Source: an uncultured Anaerolineales bacterium
GTDB taxonomy: Bacteria > Chloroflexota > Anaerolineae > B4-G1 > SLSP01
DNA length: 64,000 nt
Direction: 5' to 3'
Assembly: GCA_964504195.1 (NCBI GenBank)
Contig: CAZDDI010000003.1
Span: 83,380 to 147,379, forward strand
The notes under the pieces are model-generated. The model did not search any database. It had not been told where the DNA came from and saw only the letters and a list, made by a program, of their open reading frames with translations. Within the stretch, counting starts at the first letter, position 1; each line of letters starts with the position of its first letter. The position numbers were made by a program, and so were the translations under genes. Positions 56,657-64,000 of the stretch are shown here, piece after piece.

Positions 56657-59600
56657 CTAAGCCCTTGCGGAGTCAGGTGGCGCGGTTTCAGCTGGAAGCG
56701 TGAACCAGAACGAACTGCCGCCGTCCGGGAGGCTTTCGACGCCGACTTCGCCATCGAGTTTTTTAACGATGCGCTCAACGATGGATAATCCCAAACCATG
56801 ACCTTCGGCGCGCATTTCGTGCAATCGGGTGAACTGGGTAAACAACTGGGCTTGTTCTTCCTGCGTCAGTCCCGGGCCATTATCTCGCACCCAGAATTTG
56901 ATGCTGGATACTGGAATCTGGTCAGACGATTCCCCAGCTTCTGGCAACGAAGTTTTAGCCTCCAGCATCGTGTAGCCCAATTTTACCTGTGGTGGCTGCC
57001 CGCCATACTTGAGGGCATTGCTGATGTAATTGATCCAGACTTCCTCTATCCACGGCGCGTGTCCTAGCGCTACCGGCCAATTTGTAGGGACAATAAGGTG
57101 GGTCTCATACTCCGCCAGCATGGACATCAGCCGTTTTTGCACTTCAGTAATAATCTCACCCATATCCAAAGGCCGGCGCGGTACATCTTCGATTTTGCGA
57201 ATGCCAGAGAGCAACAACAGCTCATTGATGATACTGACCATCTTGTGGCCGGTAGTTGTGATACGGTCAAGGTTTTCGCGCACAATCTGCGGGGAGAGTG
57301 CTTCCAAGCGTTGGCTCAGCAGTTCGCTAAATCCCACCACCACCGTCAGCGGATTTTTAAGGTCATGCGCAACCGTATGCGCGAACGCATCTAATTCTGT
57401 ATTGCTGGCCTGCAATTCCTCGGCATAGCGGCGCAGAGCAGCTTCAGATTCCTTACGCTCAGTAATATCTTCTTTGACTGCAACATAGTGAGTGATGGCT
57501 CCCACGTTATTCGTCAGTGGTGCGATGGTGGCTGTTTCCCAGAACAAGGTACCATCTTTGCGCCGATTGAGGAATTCACCGTGCCAGATTTTTCCGGTGC
57601 TGATGGTGTTCCACAGCGTTTTGTAATACGCCGCATCATGTTCACCTGATTTCAAAATCCGGGGGGTGTTTCCCAGCGCTTCGGCGCGCGAGTAGCCAGT
57701 CAATTCTTCAAAGCGGGGGTTGGCGTATTCAATCGCGCCCTCTGTATCTGTAATTACAACAGTGTTACCGCTTTGCTCCAGGGCCAGGAAGTATTTCCGC
57801 ATTTCATCACGGCTCCGCACTGCCCGGTCGCGTACCTCCGCCAAATCACGGGTCCGCTCAACCACGCGCCCTTCGAGCAAGTCGCGTTCCTGTTGTAACA
57901 AATTCAGAGCTTGGGTTTCCTGTTGCCAAGCTTTGTTGATACTACGCAATAGGACGCTACTTGTCATTAATAAGGTGGTTGCAGTGGCTAAGAAAACCAG
58001 CAGATTGGCTAGGCCAAACTCAATCGTTCGGGGTGCGATGGGCGTATCCACGGCGCTGGGAGGAATGTAATGGCCTCGCCCAATTTGCCAGCCAAAGCTG
58101 GCCAGGGTAAACAGACTGATGCCTAGCATAATCAAGCCGTTGCGCTGGCCGCGCAGCAGTACCGCCAGGGCGACCAGGACCAAGAAATACATAAATGCTT
58201 CGACCGAATACCCATAATATACAACTTCAGCCAAGGCTAATGTGTAGAACAACAACAAGAAGATGTTCGTGCGATAGTTGAAATTGATCTGACGTGCCAG
58301 GCTAAGTCCCCAGAGCAAGATGAGAATACAACCAAACAACAACAATATACCGATTTTGCTGGCCTCTGGAAGAATCGTGGGCGCGTGGACGAGCAGTGCC
58401 AGGGTTCCGAATAGCGCTGCGAAGCGCAGCATGATGGTAAAGGCGCGTTCCAGCGATTGGGTGAGGAGTGGGTTTGTGCCGGGGGGCGTGGTAAGATTGG
58501 GCTTTATCGCTGGCAATAACCATTTAATCAGTACCCCAAAACGGCCTAATTGAGGAATCGGTAACGGTTCCGCTGGGGGGGTAACTTCTACAGCCGGTGT
58601 CGGGGATTCATGCAGCGGTGGCTCAATCAAAGTCGCCGCGGATATAATCACCTCACGGATGACCGCAACGCGCCCCAACAAGCGTTGTTGGCGATCCTGG
58701 AGTGGCGTTATGCGCACGGCATAGCGCCGTTGCGTTTCTCCTTGCCCGACAGTAATTTCATCCTGCCCTTCCAGAACAGCTTTGAACCGTTTTGCCAGGT
58801 GCGGCCAGGGCGCCAACGCCTCCTCCACGGTTTTACCTAGCACCTGCCGGGTAGGTAGTCCAATCATGTGTGCAGCCGCAGGATTGATGTCGGCAATGCG
58901 TCCCTGGATGTCCAGCACGATCATGCCTTCACGTAAGCCTTCGATAACCAGATCCCGAGCAATCGGCGCGATATCGCCTAGGCGATAGCCGAAAACAGCC
59001 CAGGTAAGTGCAATCAGGGTGAGGGTAAAAGCGAAGGGGGTTGGGTCGAGTTCGGGGATGGGGCTAAGCCCGCTCAAATGTACGATATTGCCTAGCCAGG
59101 TGAAGATGACCGCGATAATTACAGCTACCGCTTGGGCGCGGTATAATTGCTGGCCCTGGCGTAGCGCGGATAACAAGATATAAGCACCAACCACCAGGAA
59201 GGTGTATGAAAATACCACATTGATCCAGAATCCCAGACCATAAGTGATGTCTAACACCAACAACGTATCGGTTTGCTTCAGTGCGGTTGCGCTCCAAATC
59301 AAACCATGCCATGGGTTGGTCAAAGCCAGGATCAGGGTCGTAAGCGGCCATACTATCAACCAGCGCCAATGACCAAGTGGTAAAGGGCGGAACTGATGGG
59401 TGTATGCGCGCGCAAACAGCAGCCACAAGTAGGGGATGAAGGCGATCCCCAGATACTGGAACTGGCCCCAGAAATATTTGGTGGGTAGGTCGGTCCCGGC
59501 AATCTCCAAAGCGTAGCCTAGTGCCCATAACGCAATAGCAATGGAAATTTCTACTAAGGCCATGGCTCCTTGCGCGCGGCGGCGTGGCAATACATACGCA

Positions 59601-59707
59601 GCGATCAACAGAGCAATCGCAGTAGCGACAAGTAAGGGCAGGATAAAGGGTGTATAGGTAAAATTTAACACGGTGTTCCTATAAATTCGACAAACGCAGG
59701 CCTTCAT
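56657..59707 (-). CDS. Membrane-bound multi-PAS sensor histidine kinase (7TM-type N-terminal sensor, PAS/PAC, HisKA, HATPase_c)
   Basis: Multiple TM helices at the N-terminus. PAS-like regions. H-box HDLKNPLTVVVGFSELL. Phospho-acceptor + ATPase G-boxes (GHGLGLSIV). No receiver domain. Confidence 0.8.
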   Translation of the reverse strand: MKACVCRIYRNTVLNFTYTPFILPLLVATAIALLIAAYVLPRRRAQGAMALVEISIAIALWALGYALEIAGTDLPTKYFWGQFQYLGIAFIPYLWLLFARAYTHQFRPLPLGHWRWLIVWPLTTLILALTNPWHGLIWSATALKQTDTLLVLDITYGLGFWINVVFSYTFLVVGAYILLSALRQGQQLYRAQAVAVIIAVIFTWLGNIVHLSGLSPIPELDPTPFAFTLTLIALTWAVFGYRLGDIAPIARDLVIEGLREGMIVLDIQGRIADINPAAAHMIGLPTRQVLGKTVEEALAPWPHLAKRFKAVLEGQDEITVGQGETQRRYAVRITPLQDRQQRLLGRVAVIREVIISAATLIEPPLHESPTPAVEVTPPAEPLPIPQLGRFGVLIKWLLPAIKPNLTTPPGTNPLLTQSLERAFTIMLRFAALFGTLALLVHAPTILPEASKIGILLLFGCILILLWGLSLARQINFNYRTNIFLLLFYTLALAEVVYYGYSVEAFMYFLVLVALAVLLRGQRNGLIMLGISLFTLASFGWQIGRGHYIPPSAVDTPIAPRTIEFGLANLLVFLATATTLLMTSSVLLRSINKAWQQETQALNLLQQERDLLEGRVVERTRDLAEVRDRAVRSRDEMRKYFLALEQSGNTVVITDTEGAIEYANPRFEELTGYSRAEALGNTPRILKSGEHDAAYYKTLWNTISTGKIWHGEFLNRRKDGTLFWETATIAPLTNNVGAITHYVAVKEDITERKESEAALRRYAEELQASNTELDAFAHTVAHDLKNPLTVVVGFSELLSQRLEALSPQIVRENLDRITTTGHKMVSIINELLLLSGIRKIEDVPRRPLDMGEIITEVQKRLMSMLAEYETHLIVPTNWPVALGHAPWIEEVWINYISNALKYGGQPPQVKLGYTMLEAKTSLPEAGESSDQIPVSSIKFWVRDNGPGLTQEEQAQLFTQFTRLHEMRAEGHGLGLSIVERIVKKLDGEVGVESLPDGGSSFWFTLPAETAPPDSARA

Positions 59708-59848
59708 CAGTTATTATGCCAGCATTTGTGATTTTGACAAGACATATCATCATATCTCTAAAGGGATTCTATTTCTATTGTTGACTTTACTGGAACTACT
59801 TTGAATTAGAGCAGGCAGCAACTTGCGTTGTGATATCTTGTGCTAAAA

Positions 59849-59995
59849 CGTAAGGAAATCGTAAGGAAGCCGTCAAGTAAAGGCTCCTCCCGTTTGTTAT
59901 AATATAGTCAGTATTGAGAACGGGGCCGCGATGAGATTCTCCTCCTTCTGCGAAACCGGGGGCTTTTGAAAGCCCCCGGTTTTACGTTGTCTACG
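59849..59995 (+). ncRNA. Candidate small-RNA gene unit A (direct repeats CGTAAGGAA x2, -10 TATAAT, CU-rich anti-SD-like core, intrinsic terminator)
   Basis: The elements in order are: ACGTAAGGAAATCGTAAGGAAGCCGTCAAG ... TTGTTATAATAT ... GGGGCCGC..TTCTCCTCCTTCTG ... AACCGGGGGCT-TTTGAA-AGCCCCCGGTT + TTTAC. It is repeated in tandem at 60009-60152. Confidence 0.4.
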
Positions 59996-60008
59996 TTTGT
60001 TCCATAGA

Positions 60009-60152
60009 ACGTAAGGAAATCGTAAGAAATCCGTCAAGCACAGGCTGGGTGCATGTGGTATAGTAATCTCAGATATGGGATTTGGGGCCGCACATGTTCT
60101 CCTCCTTCTGAGAAAACCGGGGGCTGGGGGAGCCCCCGGTTTTACTTTGTCT
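60009..60152 (+). ncRNA. Candidate small-RNA gene unit B (tandem copy of 59849-59995)
   Basis: ACGTAAGGAAATCGTAAGAAATCCGTCAAG ... TATAGTAAT ... GGGGCCGC..TTCTCCTCCTTCTG ... AACCGGGGGCT-GGGGG-AGCCCCCGGTT + TTTAC. Confidence 0.4.
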
Positions 60153-60166
60153 CCTTTCCGCGCCGC

Positions 60167-60194
60167 TTGACATCCACGCAGCACTCTTTACAAT
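60167..60194 (+). promoter_or_regulatory. Near-consensus sigma70-type promoter TTGACA-N16-TACAAT
   Basis: TTGACATCCACGCAGCACTCTTTACAAT. It sits about 230 nt upstream of the 60428 start codon. Confidence 0.35.
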
Positions 60195-60427
60195 GGCCTA
60201 TGGAGCAAAATTACTGGAAGGCCTTAGGTATGTATCCGAAAATTCCGTTGGCGGTGGGGTTAGGCGGGCGGTAGTGGGGTTCGGCAGGCTCACCCACCGC
60301 CTGCCGAACCCCACCATCACCTTTACGAGTTTTCGGATAGATGCTTAGCCGAGGAGATGGCTGTGCGCGTTGAGAATCCAATGCCTGTTGCTTGCTTGTG
60401 CCTGCTGAGCGCGCGAGGTGGTAAGCC

Positions 60428-61771
60428 ATGACCCCCCGCCAAACGCGCTTGTTGGTTGTGATGGCGCTGGCCGTTTTAGCCATGCTGGGCTTCTTAGGTT
60501 GGACTGTGTGGAGCACGCTTAATGCTCCTGTAAACACGGTGTCGCTCTTGCCCACGCCACTGCCGCCTTCACCCACGCCTACACCTACCCGTGATCCGTT
60601 TACCCTGACCCCTTCGCCTACACCGCCCTTTGAGATGCGCGAAACTGGCGAGATTGCCGCCGCTGTGGCTCAGGCGCGCGAACTGCTCCCCCGTTGGGAA
60701 ACCCCTTTCAACTTCGTGTCCGAGTATGAACTTAGTATCATTCTCCACTATCGTTACCAGACCGTACAACCCTTCCCCGTGCGCGAGCAGCGCACGTTGC
60801 AAATTCTCGATCTCTGGCCTGAAGGGCCGGTAAGCGTAGATGCGGTGGCTCAGGCAAAGTCTGCTGCGGCACTCTATTTACCTGAAGAGGAACAACTTTA
60901 TCTGCGCCGCGATTGGACTGGCTCCGCCGATAACTTGCGTAAATTGCTTGCCTATAGCTTCGCGCGTGCTATCCCGGAACAGCACGGCAACCTCCAACGG
61001 TTGCGCGCGGACGCTCCTACACTCGATCAACGGTTGGCCTTGGATGCGGTGGCCGAGGGGGATGCCTGGTTTTCTCTCACGCGCTATGTGGGCCTTGCTC
61101 CGGATGATCCTGCTACGGCGGAACTGTCTGCGCTTATCGCGCGGGCCGCCTATCCGCAATGGCGCGCACAAGATCCGCTGGTTTTCGACTTGAATTGGCT
61201 CGCGCTCAAGATGGGGGCGCACTTTGCTGCTGCTCGCTACGCTCAGGGGGGCATCCCCGCACTTGATGAAGCCCTGCGCCGTCCACCACGCTCTACCGAG
61301 CAGCTGTTATATCCTGACCGTTATGCCGCCGATGATCGCCCGATGCTGGTCGAACCCGTCACGCCGCCTCTGGGCCGGGGATGGCAAATTACACTGACCG
61401 AAACTCTCGGTGCAGCGATGATGCAGGTGATGTTGGAGACAGTTTTGCCGCCCAACAGCTTTGCCGTGGAAGGCTGGGGGGGCGACCTGATCCAGGTGTG
61501 GGAAGGGCCGGATGGTGCGCGTCTTTATATCTGGCAGACTGTCTGGGACAGCGGCAGCGCAGCTGCCGTGATGGTGTCACCGTTCAAGACACTGTTGCCA
61601 CAGCGCGTCGCCGCCACCGGCACGAGTGTGCTGCCCGCTGGATTGCCACGCGGACAATGGTGGACAGGGCGGCGTGGTGGGGCGTTTTTCTACCGCACCG
61701 CTAACCATATTTGGCTGATCTGGGGCGATGATCCTGATGTGGTCAAAGCTGCCACGAGCATCATTCCATGA
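60428..61771 (+). CDS. Hypothetical membrane-anchored/secreted protein with Pro/Thr-rich linker
   Basis: N-terminal TM (LLVVMALAVLAMLGFLGW), then a PTPLPPSPTPTPT linker. The remaining ~380 aa have no recognised motif. Confidence 0.5.
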   Translation: MTPRQTRLLVVMALAVLAMLGFLGWTVWSTLNAPVNTVSLLPTPLPPSPTPTPTRDPFTLTPSPTPPFEMRETGEIAAAVAQARELLPRWETPFNFVSEYELSIILHYRYQTVQPFPVREQRTLQILDLWPEGPVSVDAVAQAKSAAALYLPEEEQLYLRRDWTGSADNLRKLLAYSFARAIPEQHGNLQRLRADAPTLDQRLALDAVAEGDAWFSLTRYVGLAPDDPATAELSALIARAAYPQWRAQDPLVFDLNWLALKMGAHFAAARYAQGGIPALDEALRRPPRSTEQLLYPDRYAADDRPMLVEPVTPPLGRGWQITLTETLGAAMMQVMLETVLPPNSFAVEGWGGDLIQVWEGPDGARLYIWQTVWDSGSAAAVMVSPFKTLLPQRVAATGTSVLPAGLPRGQWWTGRRGGAFFYRTANHIWLIWGDDPDVVKAATSIIP

Positions 61772-61780
61772 GGTACGTAT

Positions 61781-62452
61781 ATGGAAACCCTTAAAGAGCA
61801 CCCCTTCTGGCGCTATCGCTGGTTCTTTGTGTTGGATTTTCTTCTCATCAGTGCGGGCGTGCTGGCCTGGACATTGTGGACGTTGACCATACGCTTCGAG
61901 TATCTTATCTTCCGCGCGCCGGAGTACGTCCCGGAACGCCCGGTGGCGGTTGTCTTTGGTGCGGGCTACTGGCCCGATGGACGGCTTAGTCCAGTATTGC
62001 AAGATCGCATTGATTCTGGCATTGAGCTCTACCGGGCCGGGCGCGTGCAAAAGCTACTCTTCAGCGGTGATAATCGCTTCGAGCATTATGACGAGCCGGG
62101 ACGTATGTTGGAGTACGCGCTGGAACAGGGTGTGCCTCGTGAGGCCATCGTGCTTGATTATGCTGGGCGGCGTACCTATGATACGTGTTATCGCGCCCGC
62201 GATATTTTCCAGGTGCAGCAGGTGGTGCTGGTTACGAATCGCTACCACTTGCCGCGCGCACTGGAAACCTGCCAGGCGCTGGGCCTGGATGCGGTGGGCT
62301 ATGCCGCTGATCGGCAACCTTACATCCGCCGCTATCTTGCCTGGTACTGGGCGCGGGAATTCCCCGCAATATGGCGTGGCTGGTGGGATGTGTATGTCGC
62401 CCGCCCCTTGCCCGTTCTCGGTGATCCGCTGCCGATTTTCCCTTCACAATAA
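61781..62452 (+). CDS. DUF218 / SanA-YdcF family protein
   Basis: N-terminal TM, then VVFGAGYWPDG...LLFSGDN...VTNRYHLPRA, typical of the DUF218 (SanA/ElyC) fold. Confidence 0.65.
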   Translation: METLKEHPFWRYRWFFVLDFLLISAGVLAWTLWTLTIRFEYLIFRAPEYVPERPVAVVFGAGYWPDGRLSPVLQDRIDSGIELYRAGRVQKLLFSGDNRFEHYDEPGRMLEYALEQGVPREAIVLDYAGRRTYDTCYRARDIFQVQQVVLVTNRYHLPRALETCQALGLDAVGYAADRQPYIRRYLAWYWAREFPAIWRGWWDVYVARPLPVLGDPLPIFPSQ

Positions 62453-62522
62453 CTTCTGTGCGTGGTATATCTTATGGGACTTATTCTCGATGTGCTAGTT
62501 GTAATTTGAAAGGAGTCCCCCG

Positions 62523-63557
62523 ATGGTATCAGAGGAAACACAGCCCACAAGAAAACCCTCCAAACCTGATTGGTTGAAGGATCTCATGCCTTATCAAAAG
62601 GCAGACCTCAAAAAGTCGCTTTGGCAGTTGACGCACACACTTATTCCATACTTTGCCCTGCTCGTGTGGATGGTTTACACTGTACAGCAGGGCTACTCCT
62701 ACTGGCTCACCCTGGCGTTGGCCGTACCTGCCGGTGGGTTGCTCGTGCGGATTTTTATTTTCTTTCACGATTGTGGACATGGCTCGTTTTTCGCACAGCG
62801 CTGGGCCAACACGCTCGTAGGCTATATTACTGGCATTCTTACCTTTACGCCTTATGAGGATTGGCGACACGCGCATGGTATTCATCACGCGGCAGCGGGC
62901 AATCTGGATAAGCGTGGGGTGGGTGATGTGCTGACGCTGACAGTAGCCGAGTACCTGGCGTTACCCCGATTGCAACGGCTGGGGTATACGCTATTTCGTA
63001 ACCCGTTTATTATGTTCGGGCTAGGGCCGGCGTTTATCTTCTTGCTTAGTTCCCGACTGCCTGGCAAACGTACCACGGCGGCTGGTCGGCGTAGCGTCTT
63101 TATCACGAATAGCGCACTCCTGGTGATCATCGCTGTTTCCAGTCTTACCATTGGGTTGCGCACGTATCTGCTAGTGCAGTTACCGGTCATCTTAATCGCT
63201 GCGGGGATGGGTGTGTGGCTGTTTTATGTACAGCATCAATTTGTCGGGGTCTATTGGGCGCGACAGGAGACATGGGATGCGGTGCGTGCCTCGCTGGAGG
63301 GGAGTTCCTACTACCGGTTGCCTGGCGTGTTGCGTTGGTTCACCGGTAACATCGGCTTGCACCATATTCATCACTTACGCCCGCGCATCCCCAATTACAA
63401 CCTACAAGCCTGTTATGATGCCATACCCGAAGTACGCGCCGTCAAGCCGTTGACGCTTCGCGCCAGCCTTGCGTCGTTGCGGCTCAATCTGTGGGATGAA
63501 ACGGCTCAAAGGCTGGTCAGCTTTAGCGATTTACGCCGGATGCGCGTGAAGGCGTAA
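62523..63557 (+). CDS. Membrane fatty-acid (acyl-lipid) desaturase
   Basis: Three His boxes: HDCGH, HAHGIHH and HHIHH. Four TM helices. 344 aa. Confidence 0.8.
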   Translation: MVSEETQPTRKPSKPDWLKDLMPYQKADLKKSLWQLTHTLIPYFALLVWMVYTVQQGYSYWLTLALAVPAGGLLVRIFIFFHDCGHGSFFAQRWANTLVGYITGILTFTPYEDWRHAHGIHHAAAGNLDKRGVGDVLTLTVAEYLALPRLQRLGYTLFRNPFIMFGLGPAFIFLLSSRLPGKRTTAAGRRSVFITNSALLVIIAVSSLTIGLRTYLLVQLPVILIAAGMGVWLFYVQHQFVGVYWARQETWDAVRASLEGSSYYRLPGVLRWFTGNIGLHHIHHLRPRIPNYNLQACYDAIPEVRAVKPLTLRASLASLRLNLWDETAQRLVSFSDLRRMRVKA

Positions 63558-64000
63558 CCGAGTCATGAAGTTAAGACCGGGCAGGTTTCGCCCAAATTGG
63601 GTGGGGTAGTATTCTATCAGTGAATAACAGCTTCAAGGCCTTGAAACCTGCCAGGTCTATGGCCTAAACTTAATGACATTGAATTGCAACTACACAGCCG
63701 TTGTCATTGTGATTGGTATCTGTAGCGCAATCTCATCTGAAAATGGCGAATAGCGAATGGCGAATCTCAAATACTTGACCTGTAGTGGGTCTCAAAAGCG
63801 CTGACATCTGGGAACGGATTGTAGAGCAGCGGTTGCCGGGCTTCTGCCCTCTTGGAACAGGCAACCTCAAGCCGGTATTTTTGAGCGGTGCGGACTTGCG
63901 TCGGCACATCAACCACGTCAAACAAGAGCGACACCTGCTAAATTATCACGAAATTGCCCTGCGTTTCAAGGTGAAATCTACAGTGGTCGCTCGCTGGATT

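Noticed and set aside
59849-60152. Considered whether the tandem 145-bp repeats are a CRISPR array or MITE
   Set aside because: There are only two units, no short spacer/repeat alternation and no cas genes. Each unit instead has promoter-like and terminator elements, so it is described as an sRNA-like unit.
1-64000. Scan for rRNA, tRNA, transposases or integrases, or prophage structural genes
   Set aside because: None were recognised by eye. The AT-rich gaps lack cloverleaf-like tRNA structure and no IS-like inverted terminal repeats flank any gene.

Overview
This is a 64-kb, high-GC (~60% by eye), gene-dense bacterial chromosomal segment. The gene content and the abundance of STAND/NACHT proteins point to a filamentous Chloroflexota-like organism, but that assignment is uncertain. 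I found no rRNA, tRNA, CRISPR array or transposase by eye.

Gene content in order:
- Housekeeping genes on the minus strand: aminotransferase, sugar nucleotidyltransferase, an Eis-like GNAT acetyltransferase, gatC, and a truncated gatA remnant.
- An M50 protease and an HD-domain protein.
- A minimal two-subunit [NiFe]-hydrogenase whose large subunit ends exactly at the C-terminal His.
- A NACHT (NLR-like) NTPase fused to a C-terminal FGE/SUMF1-type domain, followed by a small helical partner that shares a 23-residue motif with it.
- A structured leader (riboswitch candidate, possibly cobalamin) upstream of a BtuF/FecB-FecCD-ATPase ABC importer, followed by a SAM methyltransferase.
- Two paralogous NuoE/NuoF-containing redox operons: one ends in a HoxYH-type NAD(P)-linked [NiFe]-hydrogenase, the other in a Cys-type molybdopterin formate dehydrogenase. 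Their first two genes are near-identical recent duplicates.
- A low-GC two-gene ABC-ATPase + DUF4276-like (Toprim-like) cassette is inserted inside the hydrogenase operon, between hoxH and the maturation protease. This is a candidate split-OLD-type anti-phage module.
- Downstream: tyrosine phosphatase, beta-carbonic anhydrase, formate/nitrite transporter, mobA, hypA, hypB, glmU, a CorC/CNNM protein and cdd.
- Then two secreted proteins sharing a near-identical C-terminal domain, a 1999-aa amylopullulanase (dual GH13 plus four B-repeats), a PAS sensor histidine kinase, a tandem pair of sRNA-like elements, a DUF218/SanA protein and a membrane fatty-acid desaturase.

A further feature of the non-coding DNA: degenerate period-7 tandem repeat arrays occur in many intergenic leaders.
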